In this document: positions 36,463-48,751 of the stretch, in pieces
How positions within the stretch are numbered: the first letter of the stretch is position 1
Layout: each line of letters begins with the position of its first letter
DNA from: Heteronotia binoei
Lineage: Eukaryota
Direction of reading: 5' to 3'
Length of the DNA stretch: 64,000 bases
Assembly: GCF_032191835.1 (NCBI RefSeq)
Contig: NC_083230.1
Location: 75,950,001-76,014,000 of the forward strand
Notes under the pieces: model-generated
Told to the model about the DNA's origin: nothing
The model's input: only the letters and a program-made list of their open reading frames with translations
Database searches by the model: none
Position numbers and translations under genes: made by a program

Positions 36463-36903
36463 NNNNNNNNNNNNNNNNNNNNNNNNNNNNNNNNNNNNNN
36501 NNNNNNNNNNNNNNNNNNNNNNNNNNNNNNNNNNNNNNNNNNNNNNNNNNNNNNNNNNNNNNNNNNNNNNNNNNNNNNNNNNNNNNNNNNNNNNNNNNNN
36601 NNNNNNNNNNNNNNNNNNNNNNNNNNNNNNNNNNNATAAAAGCAAATAGGAAGGAAAAAGACTGGCAGAAAGAAAGAAATAATGAATGCATGAAAGGGAG
36701 GGAGGGGAGAAGGTTGGAAACAAATAGAGAATAAAAGGAATAGAAAGGAAATAAGAAGAAAGGAAAAGGANNNNNNNNNNNNNNNNNNNNNNNNNNNNNN
36801 NNNNNNNNNNNNNNNNNNNNNNNNNNNNNNNNNNNNNNNNNNNNNNNNNNNNNNNNNNNNNNNNNNNNNNNNNNNNNNNNNNNNNNNNNNNNNNNNNNNN
36901 NNN
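36463..36903. other. Two assembly gaps (36463-36635 and 36771-36903) flanking a purine-rich island
   Basis: N runs of 173 and 133 nt. Confidence 0.99.
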
Positions 36904-38199
36904 GAAAGGGGATGGGAGCAACTCACCTGTAAAACTGCTGACTCTCAGGAAGCCCGCACTCCGCAGTTTGGACCCGTATGCCCTGCTGACTAGCGGGATG
37001 TTGGGAGGACTCCATGCAAGCGTGGCTGGCCTCCCTGAGCCCCTCCAGCCAGCGGAATGTCAGGAGGCCCCCACAAAAGTGCTGTTAGGCCCCCTGAGCT
37101 CTGCTGGATATCAGAAGGCCCTGGCGCCCAGTGGGACATTGGGAGGCCACTGAGCAAGCGGCCTGAATCCTGCCAGCCAGCTGAGGAAGCTGCCTGGGCT
37201 GCATTGGAACACTGGTCTAGGCAGCTGGAACACTGCCCAGGCCAGATGGAACAGCATTCCAGTGCATTCCAGCTCAAAAAAAGCCCTGATTGTTATTCCC
37301 AGCTTTTGTTTTTTAAAAAGTCTCCCAGCGTGGTCATGTTGTAAAGTGCATACATACGTATTTTATCTTTCTATGCATAGAAAGTATGCAAAGGTTAAAT
37401 AAAGACATGGCTTTGCTCATATGTTGCAGTATTTGCTCATGTGTTGCAGGTCTCAAGACAATGCTCTGGTTTGGCATTCAAACTGGAGCAGATATGAGCA
37501 TTCATATAATGTCATACATTAATTGTCCAATTTTTGGGCTTCTCCTTGCTTTGATGTGTTCTTTCCCAAACTGATTTGATACAATCTTTTTGGAAGACAG
37601 CAGGCAAAATGCCTTTGTATTCCATGTGGACAGGAATGTAAGCATTTCTGACATTTCTCCTCATATTGGTGCCATTTTCCTTGCCTCAGTCTTCTTGTAG
37701 CTGTCATTTCTCCACATGCAAAAAGAAAAAAAGGCTTTTCCTGGGCTTTAAAAAATAGCAATTGCTAGACTGTTGCAGTGCAATTAAATTATAATGATCT
37801 ATTGGCATGATCTAATATCTCTTGGGAAACTACTATTCCTAGTTTTCATTCTTTAGAAAAAGAAAGCATCTAGTCACTTTTGTTGAGAGATATAAAGGGA
37901 AAGCTGGTGAACCCTTTATATCCCCATAATAAAAAAGGGACAGACACATTCTTGTTATAAGAGTACAGTTAGACAAATTAAATCAAGAATTCTGGAACAT
38001 CATTCTCACATCCGTAATTACATTACCGAAGCTCACCTTGTGGATCATTTTGTCAGTTGCTGATTCTTTGAGATTTTTTGTAATTTTTATATTTGTGAGT
38101 GCAATTATAACACTGTGGATGTGAACAATTGCTGTTTGGCAAGAGTCAAAGTGGATTTTTAAACTTCAAACCATATCTCTTAAGGGTTTAAGTAAAAAC

Positions 38200-38236
<37 letters not shown>

Positions 38237-38815
38237 CATCATCATCACTTAATTTTATGAATCACCTCATCCGAGCCAATGCCGGGCTCTAGGCAATGTA
38301 CAACAGAAGGTACACATAAAATCAATAAAACCAGTAATTTAAAACAGTTGCAACCCAATGAACCTACTTTATAGCGTACTATAATTCTGCTTTCCAGGCA
38401 TTGGGAGCAGTTCCCCCTTTATGTAAAGGGGGGGAAATAGGGGTGTCAGCCCAGCAGTCATCACTGTCCTCAAACAAAAGCTTGGTGGAACATTTCTGCT
38501 TTGCAGGCCCTGCAAAATTGTAAAAGATCCCGCAGGGCCCTAGTGTCTTCCAGCAGAGAGTTCCACTAGGTTGGGGCCAGGACTGAAAAAGTCCTGGCCC
38601 TCGTTGAGGACAGCCATACCTCTTTAGGGTCGGGGATCACCAGTAGATTTTGACCAGTAGAGCATAGTGCTCTTCCAGGGACATAGTGGAGGAGCCGGTC
38701 CCGCAGATACATTGATCTCAGACTGCTCAAGGCCTTAAAGGTCATAACCAGAACCTTGAATCTAGCTCGGTACTCAATTGGAAGCCAGTGTAGCTGACGC
38801 AGCACAGGTAGAATC
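38200..38815 (-). mobile_element. L2 3' fragment with (GAT)12 tail
   Basis: VLRQLHWLPIEYRARFKVLVMTFKAL motif; microsatellite at 38200-38235. Confidence 0.85.
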
Positions 38816-39649
38816 TTACATGTTTTATCTGAAATATGCACGTTCTATTGAGCGGATATGTTGATTTATGGGAATTTGAAATTATGCATTGGGAACACTT
38901 GGCTAATGGATCCTTATCGTTATTTAGCTACTCCTTTGGGAGTTGCTTTGAGAGCACTGATAGCACTGAGCATTTGCCAGATGTGAAAATAACTGCAGCA
39001 ACAGGACTTTGAAATATTTGCCTGATCTGTCATACAGGTATGTTTGGACGTTTGGTTCACCAGGTGGTGTCCCAAAGCATATCTTAGAAGGTGTTATTAT
39101 TAGAATGCTCTGTTTACTTACAAAACGGTTTGGTCATTTCTCAGAAAACCAGTTCCTACTTTGATAAAACTTCAACAAAATGTGGCTATTATTAGCTAGC
39201 TCGCCAGTAAGAGGCTGGGACCTGTTATCATCATTACTACTGGGTCACCTTTACTATTATATTCTGCATGGACTGAAGAAATTTGGACTTCCATTTTGTG
39301 ATTCTGGTGAAATACATGTACTAACCTGATTTTGATTGTTTTAAAAGCTTCTGGATTAATATCTGTGGACTTTGACTTCATATACAGGTTTCCCTTTGTT
39401 CACAACATTGTATCTATGTAATGTTTGTGACTTTTCTAATAGCATATGAATTATAAAATAATTATTTAGCACACAATAAGTTTGGCTGTATTAAGCTCTG
39501 TTATATAAGATTCCAGACTATATGATTTCACACAGTTTTTGTTTTGTTTACCTTCATCTACTGTAACTGAAAGCTGGAAATTTGGAGGAAGTAACAGAGC
39601 GTGGTAATAATGGTATTGTGCTGTAGTAATCTTTTTATTGTTATTTTTT

Positions 39650-39838
39650 GTCATCAAGTCGCAACTGACTTATGGCAACCCAATACGTTTTTCATTGCAA
39701 GAGATGTTCAGAGGTGGTTTGCTATTCCCCGCCTCTGCATTGCAACCCTGGTATTCCTTGGAATTCTCCCATCCAAATACTAGTCAGGGCCAACCCTGCT
39801 TAGTTTCTGAGATCTGGTTAGCCTGAGCTACCCAGGTC
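39650..39838 (-). mobile_element. 5S rRNA-derived SINE
   Basis: Minus strand reads cagatctcagaaactaagcagggttggccctgactagtatttggatgggag, followed by the gcgacttga tail. Confidence 0.75.
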
Positions 39839-40151
39839 CAGTCTTTTTGAAGAGGCCTCCAAAGTCCTTTGGTGGCACTGGGGAAGGAGAAATGATAGCT
39901 GTGAGGAAAGAGGGGCCTAAAACGAGGAAACTATGAGGAAAACTGCTGTGTGGATGCTCTGTTGTGAGTGTCTCTGCATTCACAGGGGCAACAAGAGATA
40001 CACAGAGCATCAACACCATGTGGAAGCAGTCATGGTTACAGAAGGCAATACAATTGCTGCAATCAGCAAAAGTTTGCTCTTTAATTTGTACAACTTTACC
40101 TGTTGTGAAAACAGAAGTGGATTTCTAACAGATCAGCAATCGCCTCCTAGA

Positions 40152-40940
40152 TCACTGCAATTTGTCGATGATGAGTGTGACATACTCTTCGGCTTTCTTA
40201 ACAACACTTTGGAAATTTTCACAAGCTGGCTTCAATACCTTAACAGCATCTTCCAAGTAATCTGCAGCTATTTCATAGCTGTTCTTGGATGTCTGCCCCC
40301 GGAGAACTACCTGCATGAAGCTGGTGAGTGAGTGAGTTATGGAAGATGTAGACTGAGTGCGAGCCTTTGCTCCAGTTTGTGTAGCTGGAGAAGATGAAGT
40401 GCTGGTTTCTGGAAAAGCTTTAGCAATTTCATTAGCAATTTCATCATGGGTCATGAGAAGATCACCAACTTGCAGGGACATCGCAGGAGAGTTCACTAAC
40501 AACCGCAAGGTAGACTGTAGTGTTTCAGGGAGATTACTGTTTTTCAATAAGACTGTAGCAATGGGACCACAGATCGTTGCAAAAGATCCCTTATAGAGGC
40601 CATAGATCTCCTTCACAAGATTGATTTTTTCATCCATGGCAGAAACAGGTAGAAGGATCTTAGAGTACAAAGGGCCACTGACACACTGCTGGACATCCTT
40701 ATCTTTCAACTCCACAGTCTCTTGCATGCCTTTCAGAGCACTCAACAGAAGCTGAAGGTTCTCCTTGATACTGAGGTTTTCTCTCACAACAACATTGGGA
40801 AATTCAGTTCCAAGGTACTGGTTGAGCATTCGGAACATGGTGTTGGTGGAAGAGGCGAAGACATAGACACAATCGTACAGAGTATGGCTGGCTTTGCACA
40901 GCCGCTGCTTATCCTTCTCTGCACAAAACAAGGACAGCAT
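40152..40940 (-). CDS. C12orf60: C12orf60 homologue (262 aa, single coding exon)
   Basis: AEKDKQRLCKAS resembles human SEKDKERLIQAA; C-terminal AADYLEDAVKVLKP resembles AADLLEQIVKAMGP; acceptor tttcAG at 40963; synteny with SMCO3 and WBP11. The first 45 aa of the listed ORF are intronic or UTR. Confidence 0.9.
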   Translation of the reverse strand: MLSLFCAEKDKQRLCKASHTLYDCVYVFASSTNTMFRMLNQYLGTEFPNVVVRENLSIKENLQLLLSALKGMQETVELKDKDVQQCVSGPLYSKILLPVSAMDEKINLVKEIYGLYKGSFATICGPIATVLLKNSNLPETLQSTLRLLVNSPAMSLQVGDLLMTHDEIANEIAKAFPETSTSSSPATQTGAKARTQSTSSITHSLTSFMQVVLRGQTSKNSYEIAADYLEDAVKVLKPACENFQSVVKKAEEYVTLIIDKLQ

Positions 40941-41168
40941 TTCCAAAGAGGGAGAGGCCACACTGAAATAAAAAGCAATCAGTACTAAGTGTACGAAAAT
41001 CAGTTTCAAGTCTATCTCATTTTTAAACATCCACAAACCTCCAGCAGCCACATTATACAAAATAAAAAGAAGCAAAAGTTATTCAATATTGAGCAAGACA
41101 TTCATAAAAAGATTCCAAAGACTCCTACACTTAAAATTACATTTTTTAAAAATTTTTTAAATAACTTG

Positions 41169-43242
41169 CAGCACAATCCAGAGGGGGTGGGGTGGCTGAA
41201 AGCGCTCTGGGAGAGAACTTGCCACAAACATGGGCACCAGAAGCATTTGTGGCGACGTATGACCGGCGCCACCACAGTGGAGGGGAGTTACGTGGGCAGG
41301 GGGCCTCCCTAGCGCTGCTCCACTCAAGAGCAGCAGCACCTGAAGGCTGTGCCTGAGCATGGACAGAAGTGAGGCAGAGCGCAGTGCTCAGGCAGAGGAG
41401 GGGCTGGAGTTGGGGACGCAGCCAGGCTTAGGCGGCTTCCTGAGCAGTTTGGGCCATGACACGCCCCCCCCGAGAGGCGCAATGTTACGCCTGCAAAAAC
41501 AGCGGCGTGTCCCATAGGCACTCATTGAAACCAAAAACAAATGTTGCCTCCACTGCTGCGGAAGCTCGCAAACCCCTTAGGGAGCGGCGTGATTGCCTCA
41601 CCAATCCTTTCATGCCTTGGCCTGGCAAGCCCCCTCCCCGGTGCCCAATCGCGGTCCCCCCCCTCCTAGAAATACTTCCGCTCTGCCTCGCACAACTCAG
41701 TTGTTAGGGAGAGGAGTGCATGGTGGGAAGTTCTGCCAGCGAGCTCCCTGCCATACAGACTTAGAACGAGAGACAGGCAGGCAAGTTGGTGAAGGGTTTT
41801 GCACTGCGCCGTAGCTTTGACAGTATCTTTGACCAGCGCGCGGGAGAGCGAGGTCTAACTGCTCTTGTTTCCAGGTCTCCACAGGTTCCGGGCTCGCGGA
41901 GGCTCTGCGTGTGAGCGAGGACTGTCTCCCTTGGCTGGGTAAGTTTCACTGTGCTCCCCCACTATCCTCCCCCTCCCCTCGCTCTTGGTTGCTTGGTGTG
42001 TGAGTGTCCCTGGCACTTGAACCAGGCAATTGGTTCCAGCAGGGGACGTTTTCTGAAACTGTTCCCCTGTGCTGCTGCCTGCCTCCTTCCCTTGGTCTGC
42101 CCTCTGCCGCATTTCCAACCCCTGGAAGGACGGGGGGGGGTGTGTCTGGCAGCTGCCTCGATGCGGGGAGGTGGGTTAGAGACTGTCCCTTTAAGAGAGC
42201 GCCTGGCTGAAACGCAGCCTGCTCTTCCAGCTGCCGCCCCTGCAGGTGCTCTTGATCTCGGTCTCTGTTTTGCAGGTGGGACTCCAACAAAAAGGCTTCC
42301 GCGTGTGTTGCTCCACCCCCCCCACTCCCTCAGTTGTTTCTGGCCGCCGCTCGGAATGGAGCCCCACCCACAGTGAGACTGCCCAGTGCGCACCAGGAAA
42401 CTGTTGCACTCTGTTCCGGAAAAATAAAGTCTGAGCTGTGCCCTCTGTTGTCTCTTCAGCTTGGAATCTGCTGCACGTTCCCGGGGCAACCCCACCCCTC
42501 CGAGGGAATGCTGGGAGGGTGGGCAGACTTGGTTCTTGGGAGGGGAATGGGTTATGAGCCGCCATGCTGCCTCCCACTTGGCTGGACAGGGGAGGGGGGT
42601 GCCGCCCCTCAGCCTGCCTGGGCTGATGACCTACGCGACCACACAGGGCTGTTGCACACAGGGCATTAGGCGGGGTAGCTGTTGAAGTGGATGCATGCCC
42701 AGCGGCTCGCACTCTGAGTTCTGCGGCCCCCAGGGGAGGTGTTCCTTGCACACAGCAGGGGGCAGCGGCAGGGCAACACTGGGGGGGCTCTGGGTGGTGG
42801 TGTCTTTTGGACTTGGTCTGGCCGCTACCAGACATACATTCCAGCCGCTGTCTAGTACAGCGAACTCCTGCACTTGGGACTTCCTGCTTGTCCGCGCATG
42901 CCTCTGCCCGCCTCCCTGCCATTGACAGAGTCTCTGATAGCGGGAGGGAGTGGGGGGATTGATGGCCTCTCAGGTGCGGGCTTTCCGCCCTCTCACCTGG
43001 TCACGTGCAATGGGCTGGCCAATCCCATGGTCCCACGCGAGCCTGTGCCTCCCCCACCCCCACCTTGGCAGTGGGCCAATGGCATGCGCCCGGGTGGAAT
43101 CACCATGGCAACGGGTTCTCTCTCGCTTGTCCGGCTGCTCTTCCCCCTCCAAGCGGGGCATGCCATCTGGGAGCTGACTGTGGCCACCGACGCTAGTTCT
43201 GCACTTGAGCATAGCTACACAGCCGTTCTCTGGATTGGGCTG
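41169..43242. mobile_element. GC/CpG-rich 2.07-kb TIR element (Harbinger-like)
   Basis: 15-bp TIR CAGCACAATCCAGAG / CTCTGGATTGGGCTG (1 mismatch); sharp GC step against the AT-rich flanks; no clean TSD. Confidence 0.6.
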
Positions 43243-44214
43243 TAACTGTATAAAGATTTGTTCAAGCACATCTGTCCTGAGAAAAATAAAAGCTTTACTA
43301 ATCTTAGAGAGTAAAATAAATGGCAAAGCAAGTAATACAATTTTTAAAATGTGGGGATTTCATTGAGCGTGACACTAACTAAAAAAGGGGAAAATATCTG
43401 CACTGCATTATTTCTTTTTTAGTTGTATGGGGACAGAATAGCAACAAAGACGACAAGGGGACAAAAAAAGTAGAATTTTGTCCATTTCATCCTCTAAGCT
43501 CATTTTAGTTTCCCATTCAGTGCATCTGGAAATTGACATAACCACAATATAATCCCACTATAAATTGCAATTTACCAAAAAGTTCATGGGGGAGGGGAAG
43601 CATGATACACTATGGGGTAATTGACCTTATTAAGGTTGAGGAATACATGAAGTATTGAGTTGTAGAAGACTGAAAATGAAGTTGTATCTATCCTCTCCCC
43701 CAGCTTCTTGGATCGATTTGCCCACACTTTTCAATTTAGGGAATGAATACTAAATAGAAAGTTTCCCAACGTGGACTATCTTAATAGATGGGGACCTGCC
43801 AAGATGATCCACCATTGTAGACTTATGGATCCAACTGGTTTCCAGAATGGCTCTGGAGAATTTTGAGACCTTTATTATAACAGGTGGCTCTACAGATACT
43901 CTTCTGATGGCCTGGAATTCACTGGCATCCTCTACTTCAGGACAGGAAACAGCTGGTAAAGCAGTAGATTAGTGCCAAATATGACATGGATCTAAGATTC
44001 GTATTCCACTTGGACAAATAATTAATTTAGTGTGGTTAAATTGTGCTATATTTCTTTTGAAAACAACAATGAAATTCATATTTTGTGATCTAATAGTACT
44101 CATTTTTGCCTTTCTCTGGTTCCTAACAACAGCCATGGTTGGGGGTGTCAATCATGAAAATGAAATGGGAGAATCAAACTCTGATCTTAGAAGGCTGTAT
44201 ATTTATATATGTAT

Positions 44215-44700
44215 ATATTTTATTCTAGCCTCCACTCCCCTGTACAGCAGGGCTCAGGGTGGATAGCAACAATGTTAAGACAGTACCATAAGTTAAATAT
44301 TAAAAATAATTTTAATAACAATAGATTAAAAGTCAAGTCAGATGGCTTTTAAAGGCACAAGATAAGATAGCATAACTTGTCCAAAGCAAGGTTGTACAGT
44401 CTGTGTGTGAATGGATTGGCTGGTGGCAATGGCAGGATGAGTGGTGGAAAGGGGGCAGGGGAAGCCAATAGATGGAAACCTCATTGTCTTAACAATGGGC
44501 CTGGTGGAACATTTTTTGTCTTGCCCAGATCTCATCTGGAAGGGTATTCCACCAGAACTCTGGCTCAGGTTGAGGCTAAACAAGTACTTTTTGGGCTGGG
44601 GATCACCAGGAGATTATCCATTGAGTGCAACGCTCTTTGGGGGATATACCAGGAGAGACCGTTTCATAGATATGCTGGTCCTATACTGTGTAGGGCAGGG
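44215..44700 (-). mobile_element. L2 3' fragment
   Basis: ttttgggctggggatcaccagg...gatatgctggtcc L2 signature. Confidence 0.65.
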
Positions 44701-44833
44701 GGGGGGGGCAAACTGTGGCTTGGGAGCTGCATGTGGCTCTTTTGCACATACTGTGTGGCTCTCAAAATCCCCACCACCCTTGTTGGCCAGCTTGGAGAAG
44801 GCATTTGTCTCTTTAAATCACTTATCCAAGCCA

Positions 44834-45560
44834 AGGCAGTTTGGTGTAGTGGTTAAGTGTGTGGACTCTTATCTGGGAGAACCACGTTTGATTCCCTACT
44901 CACAGCTGCTGGAATGGCCTTGTGTTACCCATAGCTATCGCAGGAGTTGTCCTTGAATGGGCAGCTGTTCTGAGAGCCCTCTCTTTTGTGTGAAAACAAT
45001 TTTATTATTCTGCAATATATTATATTAATACTCATCTATTATTAAAAAATTAGTACCAATACATTACATTTTCCACCTCCCTCCCCGCCTTTTTGTGACC
45101 TCCATCGGTGCATTTTAATTAATATACTAAAAAGAAAAAAAAGGTAGTTTTAACATTTTAAGAATCTTCATAAAAAATCTTATAACGATAATAAAATAAA
45201 AATAAGGGAAAAAAACAATTTACTATGATTATCGTCCATCTTCATTATAATCTTTTAGTCCTTAGTCCTTATTTTAAAAATAAAATTGAAGAAATATATA
45301 TTCCCATAGTCTCAATTTTAACTATAAACCTTATCAAAATAATAAGTTGAGGAAACAGATAAAGAAAGGATATGATCCCATAGTCTCAATTTTTTAACTG
45401 TAATCCATTTACTATTCCTCATTGTGAGAGCCCTCTCAGCCCCACCCACCTCACAGGGTGTCTGTTGTGGGGGGAGAAGATATAGGAGATTGTAAGCCGC
45501 TCTGAGTCTCTGATTCAGAGAGAAGGGCGGGGTATAAATCTGCAGTAGTCTTCTTCTTCT
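44834..45560 (+). mobile_element. Squam3-like SINE split by an L1 insertion
   Basis: A/B boxes at about 44840-44900; 3' half resumes at 45425; (TTC)n tail. Confidence 0.85.
44984..45424 (-). mobile_element. 5'-truncated L1-like 3' end (441 bp)
   Basis: 13-bp TSD TGAGAGCCCTCTC (44971-44983 / 45425-45437); AATAAA and short A tail on the minus strand; AT-rich. Confidence 0.7.
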
Positions 45561-45989
45561 GCTCACCTAGGATCCTGTCAACCTCATCCTGAGACAGTTG
45601 GCTGAATTGTTCCATTACTAGATCTAACGACAGTTAAGGGGCCTCCAGTTCATGTACTTTATCAACACTGGCAGGCAGGTCTTGATGGAGCAACAGGATT
45701 TTATCTACAAAACAGCTTGCAAAAGCCTCACAGCTGATTGCTGAATTACTATTTTTTTTTTCCGTTCCTTCTGAGAGGGAGGGTAGTGACCTGATCACCC
45801 TGTCTAATTGTGCTGGGCGAGAGCTACAAGATGTAATGGAGGCTGCATAGAATTATTTCTTTGCAGCTTTCACTGCCATCTCATAGGATTTCATAAACAT
45901 TATATAAGATGTTCTTGTAGCTTAGTCACAAGTCAAAAGCCAAACTCACGCTAGTAGTCTATGCTCCCACTTCAAACTCTGAAGCTCCA

Positions 45990-46424
45990 AGGCATACCGA
46001 GATGCTAATTTGGAGTGCTGGGGAGCAATTTTGTCCATGGCTTCAGAAAGATGGTTGTGACAGTCTTCTCTCAGCACATCTAACAAATCACCAGGGAACA
46101 CTGGATCTCATAAAGCATTCTGGAAACCAATTCGTTCAATCAGTCTCCTCAGGCAAGAGTAAAGCTTGCTGCCTAAGCAGGGAGTTTCTGGGACACTCAG
46201 GCAGGCCTTCAAGACAAAGTGGTCTGACCATGGCACTGCATCAATGGCATCCAGATCTACATCTGTCCCCATCCCAAAAATCAAATCCAGCATGTGGCCT
46301 ACTTAGTGCATGTGGCCTGATACAACCTGGGAGAGTCCCAATGCTGCCATGGATGGCACTAGGTCCATAGTTTGTGAGGAAGCAACATCATCGGCATGAA
46401 TGTTGAAGTCCCCTGTGAGGAACC
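45990..46424 (-). mobile_element. L2/CR1-clade LINE APE endonuclease fragment
   Basis: GDFNIHADD...GHMLDLIF...VPWSDHF motifs with an internal stop. Confidence 0.85.
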
Positions 46425-48271
46425 TGTCAGGGTCAGCTTGGGAGGGTGACCACTATAAATTTTTCCCCAGTCACCTTCCCTCAGTCCCTCAGGCACACAG
46501 ACAGAAATCCTGTAAGGACTAAAGTAAACTAGGCACCAGACTATTTTAAATTCAAAATCCAAAAAGAATGTTTGTTGCCTCACAAAAAGTAAGAAAGCAG
46601 AATAAAATAATATTAATTAGTTGTACTAAAAACAAATCAGTTGGCAGGTTGGTAAAATAATCAATCTCTAAACTCCAGAGATTTGTCAGGCTGAACAAAT
46701 ATAACCAGGCAGAAGATTCTTAAATTACCAAACAGGCAGGCTTTAGAATTATTCAAAACTTTGGACAGGCAGGCAGTGCCTTCTTGGCACTAGGAAAACT
46801 TTGCAGTCACTATGGTATAGCCTTCTCAAATCTTTACCACTCACACTGAGGACTCCTGACTTGTGCCAGATCAATTCTTCTTCACAGACATACACACTAG
46901 CATACAGGATCCATACCTTCTGAGTGCTATTTCCAGCCCCTCACTCCTGTGTGACCCACCCAGCTAGATTTAGGGCTGCCAAGTCAAATTAAAGAAATAT
47001 CTGGGGACTTTGGGGTTGGAGCCAGGAGACATTAGAGGTGGAGCCAAGATCAAGGCTGTGACAAGCATAATTGAACTCCAAAGGGAGTTCAATTCCTTCC
47101 TTCCATAGGAAATAATGAAGGATAGGGGCACCTTCTTTTGGGGGTCATAGAATTGGACCCCCTGGTCCAATCTTTTTGAAACTTGGGGGGTATTTTGGGG
47201 AGAGGCACTAGATGCTATACTGAAAATTTGGTGCCTCTACCCCAAAAAACAGCCCCCCCCCAGATACCCGCGGATCAATTCTCCATGATTTTCTATGGGA
47301 ATAAATCTCCATAGGGAATAATAGAGTTCCCAGCAGACATTTCCATCCCCTCCCCCCACTTTCTGATGACCCTGAAGCGGGGGGAGGGTCTCCAAACCAG
47401 GGGATCCCCTGCCCCCACCTGGGGGTTGGCAACCCTAGCTAGATTCCTAGTCTGAATCTTGGGATTCCCTTCTAGCCACCAAAATCCAGTCCTCCTTTCT
47501 CGGTGTTTAAGTGTTCCCAGTTTACTAGGAGTCTGCCCTGTTGTGCTGACAGGTCCTCTGAGAGAGCTCTGCTCACAGAAGGTGCCTGGTTTTGATCCCC
47601 TTCTGACTACAAACTCTCTCACAGACAGAAACTTATTTCAGTTCTGTCTCCTCAAGGGACTCAGCCCTACTGGCTGTTCTCAGCTCCTTCCAGTTGCTTC
47701 AACAACAACTGATCCACCTAAGTACACAGTCTTCACTCCTAACTGTTCAGTACTCAAGCTCCAACTCCAGACTAAAACTCTGAGGTGTTTTACTTCCCTC
47801 CAGCTCTGTTACCATAGCTGCGGCCCAGCCAATTGTTGCAAGGCTGTTCCCAGCCTCCAGGCTAACTTGCCTGAGTCAGTCACATCCCCCAAGAGGAACT
47901 CCAAGGCCCAGCCTGCTACTGCCTCTAACAGATTTGGTAGGGTATCTGCTGATGTGCTAGGCAGTCAGCAGACAGACAAACTCTCCTCAGCACCTCATGT
48001 TAGGCCTACAGTCAATGCCAGAGATCTTGGGGTAGGAAGTGGTCTGAAGGGAAAAAGCTCTCAAATGTGTATTGCCACCCCCTCCAACCTTTTGTCCAGG
48101 ACAGATGGAGGACCAAGAAACCTGGCCTGGACAAAAATTGCTGACTGATAAATGGGAATTTATTGGTTAATAAATTCCAATTTAAATTAATTAACAAGTC
48201 CAATCCTAGTTTCTTGTGAATACTATTCACTAGCAGGGATAATTTAATTTTTAAACAACTCAGTCCCATCA
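46425..48271. mobile_element. Probable large LTR-like repeat (contains hAT MITE 46971-47437)
   Basis: Starts TGTCAGGG at the L2 breakpoint and has simple LTR-like composition; end and TSD not resolved. Confidence 0.4.
46971..47437. mobile_element. hAT (TAGGGTTGCC family) MITE
   Basis: Perfect TSD GCTAGATT. Confidence 0.9.
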
Positions 48272-48751
48272 GGCTTTAGTCAATGGGATGGAGTAAGTTA
48301 GTTTCTATGGCTAAAGCAACAGGCCAAGCAACTGTCAGAACTCCACATCATTGTAGCTATACACTTCCATGCCTGGAAGGTTCTGCAACTCTGTTGCCTT
48401 AACTTAAATGCTCCCAGTAACTCAATCATTGTTTTGATTGTTTGGGTACACAGGTCCCAGATGATTGCCTGAACCATGCTCCAAGTTCCTGGGGTCTCCA
48501 GGAAGTACGAAGGCATCCATGAAGGTCTCTGAAGATATCCAAAATCATCTGGGACCATCAGAGCCCATTTATGGTTATTTGAGACCACTAGGGTTGCCAA
48601 GTCCCCTGTGGCCTCCATAGAGTTTTCCCGGAAGCTCCTAGAGTGGCTGGTGCACAACGTCACCGGTGTGATGATGTTACTTGCAAGTGACGTCATCACT
48701 GGCAGTCTTTAAGCAGCAGATTCACAAACACTTGTCAGGGATGCTTTAGAC

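Noticed and set aside
36388-36926. ORFs spanning N runs
   Set aside because: Artefacts of the assembly gaps
37440-37700. Minus-strand translation (...FQKDCIKSVWERTHQSKEKPKNWTINV*HYMNAHICSSLNAKPEH...) vaguely resembling ART4
   Set aside because: It is on the opposite strand to the expected ART4, needs several multi-residue gaps, and lacks the DDQY, FGxF and EVLIPP motifs. Only a tBLASTn or HMM hit would rescue it
40941-41075. N-terminal 45 aa of the 307-aa C12orf60 ORF
   Set aside because: Reads through a polypyrimidine tract and acceptor (tttcAG at 40963); homology begins at the Met at 40940
41946-42962. Overlapping 110-243-aa ORFs on both strands
   Set aside because: Expected in GC-rich DNA; I could not confirm Myb/SANT or transposase motifs by eye
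47459-48148. 229-aa plus-strand ORF
   Set aside because: TTG start, low-complexity Ser/Pro/Leu composition, lies within an LTR-like repeat, no recognisable domain
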